Shown in pieces: positions 9,472 to 17,600 of a stretch of DNA of 51,949 nt. The DNA is from Longimicrobium sp. (lineage in GTDB: Bacteria > Gemmatimonadota > Gemmatimonadetes > Longimicrobiales > Longimicrobiaceae). The stretch covers positions 1 to 51,949 of the forward strand of contig DATAAG010000393.1 in the NCBI GenBank assembly GCA_036260235.1, given 5' to 3'. The notes beneath the pieces were generated by a model that worked only from the letters and a program-made list of their open reading frames with translations, made no database searches and had not been told where the DNA came from. The position numbers were made by a program, and so were the translations under genes. The number at the start of each line of letters is the position of its first letter. The first letter of the stretch is position 1.

Positions 9472-9675
9472 TCAGCCCGCGCAGAGGCATATGCCGCGCT
9501 GGCAAACGCCCGGGAACGGATAGCAGACCACGTTCCCGCAGTACTCGTCCGTGCACGCCCGCGCGCCGGCAGGCTCCGCAGCTGCGGGCGCTGCGAACGC
9601 CTGCGTGGCGCCGAACGCCAGCGCCACCGCCGTGGCCGTTGCGAGCGCCAGCCCCGCGATTCCGCTCTTCTACAT
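9472..9675 (-). pseudogene. Defensin-like secreted 6-Cys peptide, copy 2, with TAG at codon 2 (absent from the ORF track)
   Basis: Reads ATG TAG AAG AGC...: M*KSGIAGLALATATAVALAFGATQAFAAPAAAEPAGARACTDEYCGNVVCYPFPGVCQRGICLCAG*, colinear with the intact copy at 9717-9926 (MKKS...). Confidence 0.8.
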
Positions 9676-9716
9676 CGTCATCCTTTCAGGAGCGGCTGGA
9701 GGTGAGTCCGTCCGCT

Positions 9717-9926
9717 TTATCCCGCGCAGACGCAGATGCCGCGCGCGTAGTCGCAGTAGCCCCAGAACGGGTAGCACACCACGTCGCGGCAGTACCGGTT
9801 CGTGCACGCGCGCGCACCTGCGTCATCTGCCGCGGCAGGGGTGGCGAACGCCTGCGTCGCGCCGAATGCGAGCGCCACCGCCGTCGCGCCCGCAAACGCC
9901 AGCGCTGCGATTGCGCTCTTCTTCAT
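9717..9926 (-). CDS. Defensin-like secreted 6-Cys peptide, copy 1 (69 aa)
   Basis: RBS GGAGG; signal peptide MKKSAIAALAFAGATAVALAFGATQAFA; mature CTNRYCRDVVCYPFWGYCDYARGICVCAG with GxC...CxC. Confidence 0.8.
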   Translation of the reverse strand: MKKSAIAALAFAGATAVALAFGATQAFATPAAADDAGARACTNRYCRDVVCYPFWGYCDYARGICVCAG

Positions 9927-10394
9927 CGTCGTCCTCCGGGAGTGGGTCGGGGCACCGTCCGCGCACGCGGTTGGTGTGGGTGCGCGCTCCGTCTGCGTCG
10001 CCGGGAGAAGATGGATGCGCACTTCGAGGCGGAAATCGGATGCACACGGGGTGCCGCCCGTGCTCGGGATCGAGTCAAGCGGAGCTGGCGAGGACCGGGG
10101 TGCAGGGCGGTGCGCTTCTCGGCGGATTGGGGATGGTGTGTGGGAGAGGATTTCGTCTCCTGCCCGCCGTACGGTCTGGCGTTGATGCCTGTCCGTTTTG
10201 TCCGTAATGACGTCTCCTTTCGCAAAACACATGGCGCGAGCCCCGGATGCCCGCCAGATGGCGCTCTTGACAGGGGATGATGCCCGCCGCATTGATTCGC
10301 GGGAAACGGGTAGGGCTGATTGCGACAATTCGATTTCATCCCCCGCCGCAGGGCGGGATCATGTGTCGTCTTCTTGCCGGGAGGACCGTTCATC

Positions 10395-11852
10395 ATGCGA
10401 TGCACAGGCCTGCGGTTTCTCGTGATCCCAGCAGGACTTTCATTGATCGGATGCCAGGACCAGCCAGCCACCGGGCCCGCGCGGAGCGTCCCCTCCGCCA
10501 CGGCGTCGACGGGCGCGGCCGTGAGCCGGCTGGACGAGGCGGAGATGGCGGCGTTCGCGCGCGCGGTGCCGGGGCTGGGCGGCTATTACTTCGGGCCGGA
10601 GGGGGAGCTGGTGGTGAACCTCACGCCGGCGGCGGACCCATCGGCCGCGCAGGGGGCGCTGGCGGCAGTCGCGCGCCGGGGGAACGGCCGCGTGCAGGCG
10701 CGCCCGGCCAGCTACACGTTCCTGGAACTGCAGGCGTGGCGGGACGCGCTGGTGGACCCTCTGCTTGCCCTCGCGGAGGTCGCCTCGGTCGATCTGGACG
10801 AGGAGCACAACCGCGTGACCGTGGGCGTGACCACCGACGCCGCGCGGGGAGCGGTGCACGCGCTCGCCGCCCAGCTGGGCGTGCCCGTCCCGGCGTTGCG
10901 GATCGTGCCCGGCTCGTACGTGGTGCCGCAGGACACCACCGTCTACGGTCCGTACCTGTACACGACGCCCGTGGAGGGGAACACCCTCAACGGCTACCGT
11001 AGCGTGCTGGAAGGGGGGCTGCAGCTCGGCTTCCGCAGGGAGGGGATGGAGCCGAACACCTTCACCTTCTGCACGCTGGGCTTCAACGCCGTGCTGAACG
11101 GCTACCGGGTGGTGATCACGAACACGCACTGCAGCGACAAGACGTGGGACCGTGACAACACCGCGTACTTCCAGCCCCAGCCCGGCGACGGCCGCCACGT
11201 GGGCTTCGAGTACAAGGATCCCAACGGCTCCAGCTGCGGCTTCCTTTCGCCCAACGTGTGCCGCAGCGCCGACGCCTCGGCGGCCTATGTGGAAAGCACC
11301 GTTTCGACGCGGATCGGGTACATTGCGCGGCCCCTGGGCCCCCCACCGTTCGGCCGCAGCCCGTACGGCACCCTGTACGGGTCCACCGTGATCGACGCGG
11401 CCGCCCCGAACTTCCAGATCGTCGGCAAGCACACGGCGGATGAGGGGCTGGTCGTAGACAAGGTCGGCGCCGTGACCGGCTGGACGAGCGGCAAGGTGAC
11501 CAGCACGTGCGTGGACGTGAAGGTACGGTACCGCAGCTGGAGCGTGATGCGCTGCCAGAAGTACGCAACGTACAGTTCTACCGGGGGTGACAGCGGCGCG
11601 CCGGTGTTCGAGTACTACCCGGACGGAACCGTTCGGCTGGTAGGGATCCATTGGGGCGAGACCGACGACCGCAGTCGTGCCGTTTTCAGCTCCATCGCCA
11701 ACGTCGAGAATGAACTGGGCTCTCTGTTCGTTACCGCCGGCAGCGGTGGTGGATCGACGGGAGGCGGAGACGGCGGCGGTGCCACCACCCCGCCGCCCGG
11801 AGATGGAACTGGTGGCGGACCCGGCGGGTGTGCGGGAGAGTGCGTGACCTGA
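10395..11852 (+). CDS. S1 (chymotrypsin/alpha-lytic-like) serine protease lipoprotein with N-terminal pro-region
   Basis: RBS GGGAGG; lipobox-like LIGC; CTLGF, TNTHC (His), DAS (Asp) and GGDSGAP (Ser); Gly/Pro-rich tail. Confidence 0.8.
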   Translation: MRCTGLRFLVIPAGLSLIGCQDQPATGPARSVPSATASTGAAVSRLDEAEMAAFARAVPGLGGYYFGPEGELVVNLTPAADPSAAQGALAAVARRGNGRVQARPASYTFLELQAWRDALVDPLLALAEVASVDLDEEHNRVTVGVTTDAARGAVHALAAQLGVPVPALRIVPGSYVVPQDTTVYGPYLYTTPVEGNTLNGYRSVLEGGLQLGFRREGMEPNTFTFCTLGFNAVLNGYRVVITNTHCSDKTWDRDNTAYFQPQPGDGRHVGFEYKDPNGSSCGFLSPNVCRSADASAAYVESTVSTRIGYIARPLGPPPFGRSPYGTLYGSTVIDAAAPNFQIVGKHTADEGLVVDKVGAVTGWTSGKVTSTCVDVKVRYRSWSVMRCQKYATYSSTGGDSGAPVFEYYPDGTVRLVGIHWGETDDRSRAVFSSIANVENELGSLFVTAGSGGGSTGGGDGGGATTPPPGDGTGGGPGGCAGECVT

Positions 11853-11901
11853 TCGATGGCTGGCGTCGTCTGGCGATAAAGCTCATCCAAGGAGCGTGAG
11901 G

Positions 11902-12513
11902 ATGCGAACCGTACGCCCACTCACCGCGTTGGCGGCAGCCGCCGTGCTGCTTCTCGGCGGGTGCGAAAGGGGAGCCGTAGGCAACGAGCCGTCCTGGTTC
12001 CGGGCCTCGCTTGCGGGCGACGTACAGGACTCGTTCGAAGGAACCGGCGACTTTGCGCCGCTGCGGGACGAGCTTGGAACGCCGCGGTACTTCCGTCTGT
12101 TCTCCGAGAGCACGAATCCGAACCGGCGGGATGCGATCTGGATTCGATGGCCGTCCGGGCGCTACCCGGCGCCGGGCCGGTACGCCCTGGTGCCTCACGA
12201 CATGCAGTACGGCAGCCGGAGCGGGGTGTCCGCAATATACGGCCGCGGATCGGGAGACAACGTCACGCAGGTCGCCCGCAACGAAACGTACATCGTGCAG
12301 GACGGCTTCGTGGAGATCACCCGTGCGGACAGGGACGTCTACGAGGGTACGGTGGAGTTTACGGCACTGCAGGTCTACAGCAGCGAAGGGCTCACGGTAC
12401 ACCGCAACGACTCGCGTATCACGCCCGATCCCACGGCGCCTCGCATTCACGTGACGGGGTCGTTCCACGCGACCTTCTTCGACGAGTCCGCGCAGGTGGG
12501 CATCCCCAACTGA
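11902..12513 (+). CDS. Hypothetical lipoprotein (alternative start GTG 11896)
   Basis: RBS AAGGAG; signal peptide with LGGC lipobox. Confidence 0.7.
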   Translation: MRTVRPLTALAAAAVLLLGGCERGAVGNEPSWFRASLAGDVQDSFEGTGDFAPLRDELGTPRYFRLFSESTNPNRRDAIWIRWPSGRYPAPGRYALVPHDMQYGSRSGVSAIYGRGSGDNVTQVARNETYIVQDGFVEITRADRDVYEGTVEFTALQVYSSEGLTVHRNDSRITPDPTAPRIHVTGSFHATFFDESAQVGIPN

Positions 12514-12534
12514 CGGACGGCGACCCGCGATGCG

Positions 12535-12567
12535 AAAGGGCCGCACCCGGCGAGGGTGCGGCCCCTT
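12535..12567. terminator. Bidirectional hairpin between convergent genes
   Basis: aagggccgcaccc-ggcga-gggtgcggcccctt. Confidence 0.6.
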
Positions 12568-12586
12568 CCGCGTATCCGCGGACGCG

Positions 12587-13864
12587 TCACGCCGCCCGCA
12601 GCCAGCGGGCCAGCTCGCGCAGCGTGGGCTTCTTGCCCGTGCTCAGGATGCCGACGCGGTAGATCTTGCCCGCCAGCCAGGTGAAGAACCCCACCGCCAC
12701 CGCCAGCAGCACCAGGCTGGCGAGCACCTGCGTCGCCGGCACCGCCGCCGCGGCCATGCGCATGGGCATGATGATCGGCGCGGAGAGGGGGACCAGCCCG
12801 GCCGTGGTGGCCAGCTGCCCCAGCGGGTCGTTGATCACCGGCCCCATCAGCAGGATCGAGGCGATCAGCGGCATGAACACCAGCGTCTGGTACTGCTGCG
12901 CTTCCTGCTCGCTGTTCACCGCCGCCCCCGTGGCCGCGAAGAGCGCCGCGTAGAGCAGAAAGCCGAGGAGGAAGAAGCCCAGCGTGGCCAGCAGCACCCA
13001 CGGGTCCACGTCGATGGCCGACAGCGCGTTGGGCGGAATGTTCAGCCGCGCCGCGATCGTGTCGGACTGCCAGGACGCGACAAGGGCGATCGCGATCCAG
13101 ACCCCCACCTGCAGCAGCGCCACCGCCCCCACGCCCAGGATCTTCCCCAGCATCAGGTGCGTGGCCTTCATGGACGAGACGATCACCTCCACGATGCGGT
13201 TGGTCTTCTCCTCCAGCACGCTGCGCATCACGTTGATCCCGTACATGAAGACCAGCATGTAGATCAAGAAGCCCGTGATGTACGCCAGGAAGAAGGTGGA
13301 TTCCGCGTTCCCTTCGTCCTCTCCCCGCTCCGTCACCCGCCGCGTCTGCAGCTCCACGGGCCGCAGTAGCGACGCCACCTGCGGCAGCTCCAGCCCCGCC
13401 TGCCGCAGCCGCGCGCCCTGCACCGCCTGCGACGCCGCGCGGCGGATGTCGCCCTCCACGCTCACGCTGGAGACGTTGCGGGCGCGGTAGCCCACGCGGT
13501 TGCTGGCCACCACGTCCGCCGGCAGGTGGACGTAGCCGTGGATCTCCTCCGCCAGCACGCGCGCGTTCAGCCGCTCGCGCGCCTGCTCGAAGGGCCCGCT
13601 CACCCGCTCCACCCGGTAGGTGAAGGCGGAGCGGTCCTTCTCCGCGCCCGCCGCGGTCAGCCCCGCCACGAAGGCGTCGCCCACCCCCGCGGGAGCCTCG
13701 TCCACCAGCACCAGCCGGCGTTCGCCGCCCCCGCCGCCCAGCAGCACCGGGACGACGAAGAGCGCCGCCATGAACACGGGAAAGAGCAGGGTGCTGATGA
13801 CGAAGCTCCTGCTGCGCACGCGCTCCAGCACTTCGCGCCGCATCACGACCAGGGTCTCAGACAT
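12587..13864 (-). CDS. ABC-2 type transporter permease (NatB/YhaP-like)
   Basis: VLEEKTNRIVEVIVSS...LMLGKILG motif, multiple TM segments, C-terminal AGKIYRVGIL. Confidence 0.9.
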   Translation of the reverse strand: MSETLVVMRREVLERVRSRSFVISTLLFPVFMAALFVVPVLLGGGGGERRLVLVDEAPAGVGDAFVAGLTAAGAEKDRSAFTYRVERVSGPFEQARERLNARVLAEEIHGYVHLPADVVASNRVGYRARNVSSVSVEGDIRRAASQAVQGARLRQAGLELPQVASLLRPVELQTRRVTERGEDEGNAESTFFLAYITGFLIYMLVFMYGINVMRSVLEEKTNRIVEVIVSSMKATHLMLGKILGVGAVALLQVGVWIAIALVASWQSDTIAARLNIPPNALSAIDVDPWVLLATLGFFLLGFLLYAALFAATGAAVNSEQEAQQYQTLVFMPLIASILLMGPVINDPLGQLATTAGLVPLSAPIIMPMRMAAAAVPATQVLASLVLLAVAVGFFTWLAGKIYRVGILSTGKKPTLRELARWLRAA

Positions 13865-14822
13865 GGGCGGGTTCCCGGTGGGGGGTGGCTGCGTTCCCTA
13901 CGCGGGAGACGAAGATCTGGTGCAGCGAGGGGACCTCGCGCTCGAAGCGGACCACGGGCGCGTCCAGCGCGGCCAGCTGCGAGAGCAGCGCCCGCGAGTC
14001 CACCCCGCGGTTCAGCTCGATGCGCCACCCGTCGTCGCCGTTGCGGGTGGCGCGGCCGAAGCGCGCGGTGGACATGAACGACTCCACCGCGGACCGCGCC
14101 GCGACGTCGCTCACCACGTCGAAGTCCACGAACCAGACGTTGCTCACGTGCTCGCGCCGGATGTCGCGCAGGCGGCCGTCCAGCACCTTTTCGCCCTGCG
14201 CGATGATGCACAGGCTTTCGCACATCTGCTCCGCCTGCTCCATGTTGTGCGTGCTGAAGAGCACCGTGCGCCCCTTGCGCCGCCAGTCCAGGATGGTGTC
14301 GCGCAGCACCTCCTGGTTCACCGGGTCCAGCCCGGCGTGGGGCTCGTCCAGGATCAGCAGCTCGGGCTCATGGATGACGGTGGAGATGAACTGCACCTTC
14401 TGCTGCATCCCCTTGGAGAGCGTCTCCACCTTGGTCGCCCGCCACTCCCCCAGCCCCATCCGCTCCAGCCACTCGCCCGCGCGGGTGCGGGCCGTCCTGC
14501 GGTCCACCCCCTTGAGCTCGGCGAAGAAGACGATGACGTCGGTGACGTTCATCTTGCGGTACAGGCCGCGCTCTTCGGGAAGAAAGCCCACGCGGCGCAG
14601 CACGGAGCGGTCGCGCTCCGGGTCCGCGCCCAGCAGGGAGATGCTGCCGGCGTCGCGGATGATGATGTTCATCACCATCCGCAGCGTGGTGCTCTTGCCG
14701 GCTCCGTTGGGGCCCAGGATTCCGTAGATGGTGCCCGGCGGGACCGCCAGGCTGAGGTTCTTGACCGCGGTGTGGCCGGCGTAGCTCTTGGAGACGCCGT
14801 CCAGCAGGAGTGCGTGGTTCAT
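13857..14822 (-). CDS. ABC transporter ATP-binding protein (NatA/YhaQ-like)
   Basis: GPNGAGKST, LSKGMQQK, ILDEP; overlaps the permease start. Confidence 0.9.
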   Translation of the reverse strand: MNHALLLDGVSKSYAGHTAVKNLSLAVPPGTIYGILGPNGAGKSTTLRMVMNIIIRDAGSISLLGADPERDRSVLRRVGFLPEERGLYRKMNVTDVIVFFAELKGVDRRTARTRAGEWLERMGLGEWRATKVETLSKGMQQKVQFISTVIHEPELLILDEPHAGLDPVNQEVLRDTILDWRRKGRTVLFSTHNMEQAEQMCESLCIIAQGEKVLDGRLRDIRREHVSNVWFVDFDVVSDVAARSAVESFMSTARFGRATRNGDDGWRIELNRGVDSRALLSQLAALDAPVVRFEREVPSLHQIFVSRVGNAATPHREPAHV

Positions 14823-15071
14823 ACGGGTTCCGGGGGGAGAAACGACGGCGGATCCGCAGGGCTTCCGGCGGCCGCCCGGCGACTGCGCCGCGTGGTACGC
14901 AGGTGCCGCGCGGCAGGTTTCGGCCGGGACGATGGATGACGATTGGCCAACGCTACGTCCGCCGGGGGCGCGAATCAACGGTAGCGGACGGCGCAGGGCG
15001 TTGAGGCGGAGCGGCGGTGGCGGTAGATTGCCCGCTCCCATCCATCCGCCCGATCCAGAACGGATACCGCC

Positions 15072-15515
15072 ATGCCGGACTCGCTGCTCATCGAACAGCT
15101 GCGCGCCGACCTTACGCAGGCGCGCAAGGACCGCGACAAGCTGCGCACCACCACGCTCTCCACCTTCCTTTCCGAGGTGCGCAACCGCGAGATCGAGCTG
15201 GGCCGCGCCGTGGCCGACGACGACGTGCGGGGGCTGCTGACCACCGCCATCAAGCGCCGCCGCGAAGCGTCCGAGCAGATGCGCGCCGGCAGCCGCGCCG
15301 AGCTGGCGGAGAAGGAGGAGCAGGAGGCTGCCCTGCTGCAGGCGTACCTGCCCCCCGCGCTGGGCGAGAACGAGGTGCGCAACATGGTGCGCGAGGCGGT
15401 GGCCGGCGGCGCCAGCGACGTGGGCGCGGTGATGAAGGCGGTGATGCCGCGCGTGAAGGGCCGCTTCGACGGCAAGGAGCTCAACCGGCTCGCGCGCGAG
15501 GCGCTGGCCGGGTGA
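15072..15515 (+). CDS. GatB/YqeY domain protein
   Basis: IKRRREASEQ...R.ELAEKE..E...L..YLP...VGAVMKAVMPRVKGRFDG. Confidence 0.9.
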   Translation: MPDSLLIEQLRADLTQARKDRDKLRTTTLSTFLSEVRNREIELGRAVADDDVRGLLTTAIKRRREASEQMRAGSRAELAEKEEQEAALLQAYLPPALGENEVRNMVREAVAGGASDVGAVMKAVMPRVKGRFDGKELNRLAREALAG

Positions 15516-15788
15516 GAATGGCGAGTGTTGCGCTCCCGCGCGACATTCTGTTTACTTGTACGCTCCTTCGCCGACACGATCGCCGATGCCCTCCCGCTCG
15601 CTCCGGACGTGGCAGGTGGATGCTCGCAGGGCCCTAGACGAAACCCGACCGATGACGGCGGTGCGTGGGACGTGCCCGTCGACGAGATCGAAGTGGTCGC
15701 GGAACAGCGCGTGGCCTGACCGCCTGACCAACAGAGGCCGTCGACCCCGAGCGGGTGGACGGCCTCTTCTCCGTCATCGCGGACGCGT

Positions 15789-16097
15789 TCAGTCCAGCAT
15801 GTCCTCGATGGCGTCCAGGACGGGGCCGCGGGCCAGGTTGGCGGTCTCGTACGCCTGGATGCGCAGCAGGGTGGTGCGGTCCAGTACCGCGTCGCGCAGC
15901 CACTCCAGCAGCGTGTCGCGGTCCATGCCGTCGTACCCCAGGATCGGCTCCTGCCCATCCAGCGCCATGCTCCCCTCGTCGTCGTCGCCGGCGAACGGCA
16001 CCGCGGGCTTGAGCCACCGGCCGCGCGCCGAGTCCCGGAACGCCGCCGCCACCACGCCCACCGCCGCCACGCCCAGGAGCAGCTTCAGGAATCTCAT
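15789..16097 (-). CDS. Hypothetical protein with N-terminal membrane anchor
   Basis: MRFLKLLLGVAAVGVVAAAF...; high-GC3 codon usage; YE..N..R..VLDAI motif at the C-terminus. Confidence 0.65.
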   Translation of the reverse strand: MRFLKLLLGVAAVGVVAAAFRDSARGRWLKPAVPFAGDDDEGSMALDGQEPILGYDGMDRDTLLEWLRDAVLDRTTLLRIQAYETANLARGPVLDAIEDMLD

Positions 16098-16168
16098 CTC
16101 GTAAGCCCCGGTCTCAGGAAGGTCTGGCCGCGCGGGAACGAGCAAAAGGCCGGCCAGAACGGCGAGGG

Positions 16169-16273
16169 TACAGGTTACAGGTTACAGGTTACAGGTTACA
16201 GGTTACAGGTTACAGCCAGCAGCACCGAGGTAGCCTGTGGCGGAGCACTGAGCCGCCGGCTGCATCCTGTACC
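16169..16273. repeat. Heptamer array (CAGGTTA)x6 plus a ~55-bp core similar to the element at 16422-16538
   Basis: Array at 16169-16215; core gccagcagcaccgaggtagcctgtggcggagcactgagccgccggctg resembles 16444-16491. Confidence 0.85.
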
Positions 16274-16421
16274 TTCACTTCTTCTCTTCAGCGCCTGTAG
16301 CCGCGGGGCGCCTTCCATCACATCAGAAATTCGGGTTTGTTGCGGACGAACGCGGGCTCCTGCTGAGGCGACTTTCTTAGGAGGCCGCACGCGGATGCGC
16401 TGGGCCAGCGAGTACGAGGCG

Positions 16422-16538
16422 AGGTTACAGGGGACAGGTTACGGCCAGCAACCCCGAAGCAGCCTGCGGCGGCGCACTGAATCGCCGGCTGTAACCTGTC
16501 CCCTGTAACCTGTCCCCTGTAACCTGTCCCCTGTCCCC
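16422..16538. repeat. Element bounded by inward-facing heptamer arrays (GGTTACA/GGGGACA ... TGTAACC/TGTCCCC)
   Basis: Left aggttacaggggacaggttac; right (ctgtaacctgtccc)x3; abuts the mntR stop. Confidence 0.85.
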
Positions 16539-16539
16539 T

Positions 16540-17220
16540 TCAGTTCTTCTCCTCAGGCCGCACGCGGATGCGCTGGGCCAGCGAGTAGGAGATCACCGCC
16601 GGCGCGCCGTTGATCGAGAGGGAGATCGGCCCCTCGAAGGGCGACTTCTCCACCACCTCCACCTCCGAGCCGGGCTTCAGGTTCAGCGAGCCCAGGTAGC
16701 GGAGCTGCTCCGGCTCCTGCACCTGCACTTCGAGGATGCGCCGCGAGTCGCCGGGGTCCAGGTCGCCCAGGGCGGGGTAGCGGCTGCGGTCCACCTCGCC
16801 GCTGGCGGTGGGGATGGCGCTGCCGTGCGGATCGCGCTCCGGCTCGCCCATCAGCCGCGCCAGCCGTTCGATGAGCTCGTCGCTGGCGGCGTGCTCCAGG
16901 CGCTCCGCCTCGTCGTGCACGCGGTCCCACTCGTAGCCCAGCTTCTCCACCAGGAACAGCTCCAGCACGCGGTGGCGGCGGATGATGCGCAGCGCCGCCA
17001 GCTCGCCCGCGGCCGTCAGGCGCACGCCGTAGTACGGCTCGTGGCGCAGCAGGTCGTGCTCGGCCAGGCGCTTGATCATGGCCGTCACCGCCGCGGCGGT
17101 CAGCCCCAGCCGCTCCGCGATGCGCGAGGTGGAGACCGGAGACTCCACCTGCTGCAGCATCCAGATGGCCTTGAGATAGTCCTCGACGACCGGGGTGTAG
17201 TGCTCGGTAGCGTTGGTCAT
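16540..17220 (-). CDS. mntR: DtxR/MntR family metal-dependent transcriptional regulator with FeoA-like C-terminal domain
   Basis: EDYLKAI, RRHRVLELFL, VHDEAERLEH, DPHGSAIP. Confidence 0.9.
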   Translation of the reverse strand: MTNATEHYTPVVEDYLKAIWMLQQVESPVSTSRIAERLGLTAAAVTAMIKRLAEHDLLRHEPYYGVRLTAAGELAALRIIRRHRVLELFLVEKLGYEWDRVHDEAERLEHAASDELIERLARLMGEPERDPHGSAIPTASGEVDRSRYPALGDLDPGDSRRILEVQVQEPEQLRYLGSLNLKPGSEVEVVEKSPFEGPISLSINGAPAVISYSLAQRIRVRPEEKN

Positions 17221-17227
17221 GAGGCAA

Positions 17228-17255
17228 ACACTAGGGCCGCCGGGCGCGGTGTCAA
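17228..17255 (-). promoter_or_regulatory. Sigma70-type promoter of mntR, predicting a leaderless mRNA
   Basis: TTGACA (17255-17250), 16-bp spacer, TAGTGT (17233-17228), ATG 7 nt downstream, no RBS. Confidence 0.55.
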
Positions 17256-17268
17256 GAACCCCGGGAGA

Positions 17269-17472
17269 AGGTTACAGGGGACAGGTTACAGGTTACAGGG
17301 GGACAGCTCGCGGGAACGGCGGTGTGGACGCGGGTGCATCCCGCGCGGCGGACATCGCCTGCTCGCCGATGGGGGCAATGCGCGTGTGCAAGCCGGTTCG
17401 CGCACGGCGCCCGGATGCGCGCCTGCAGGCTGTAACCTGTAACCTGTAACCTGTAACCTGTCCCCTGTAACC
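17269..17472. repeat. Element bounded by inward-facing GGTTACA/TGTAACC heptamer arrays
   Basis: 17269-17306 aggttacaggggacaggttacaggttacagggggacag; 17430-17472 (ctgtaac)x4 ctgtcccctgtaacc. Confidence 0.85.
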
Positions 17473-17600
17473 TCGCAGTTTCCGGCAACATCCCCCCATC
17501 CGCCGCCCCGAATCCCTTGCCTTCCGCGTGCGCCCCGTTCATGTTGCCATTGATGGTCCCCCCGGTGCCGCAGCCGCCGTTCACGCCGGCCCCACCCGCC

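Noticed and set aside
9670-9672. Pyrrolysine or stop-codon reassignment at the in-frame TAG
   Set aside because: TAG terminates hamB, mutS2, nuoH, nuoI, nuoK and nuoN normally, and no pyl genes are seen.
12587-14822. ABC exporter as the dedicated transporter for the nearby peptides
   Set aside because: It is a widespread NatAB/YhaQP-type pair with host-like composition and no C39 peptidase domain; adjacency alone is insufficient.
15525-15719. Short ORF with a faint HicB-like stretch (DTIADALPLAPDVAGG)
   Set aside because: Similarity too weak, no clear start or RBS, no hicA partner; it could be a remnant but cannot be supported.
16169-17472. Heptamer arrays as CRISPR or as ends of a composite transposon carrying mntR
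   Set aside because: No unique spacers of constant length and no transposase; each array pair closes on itself locally.
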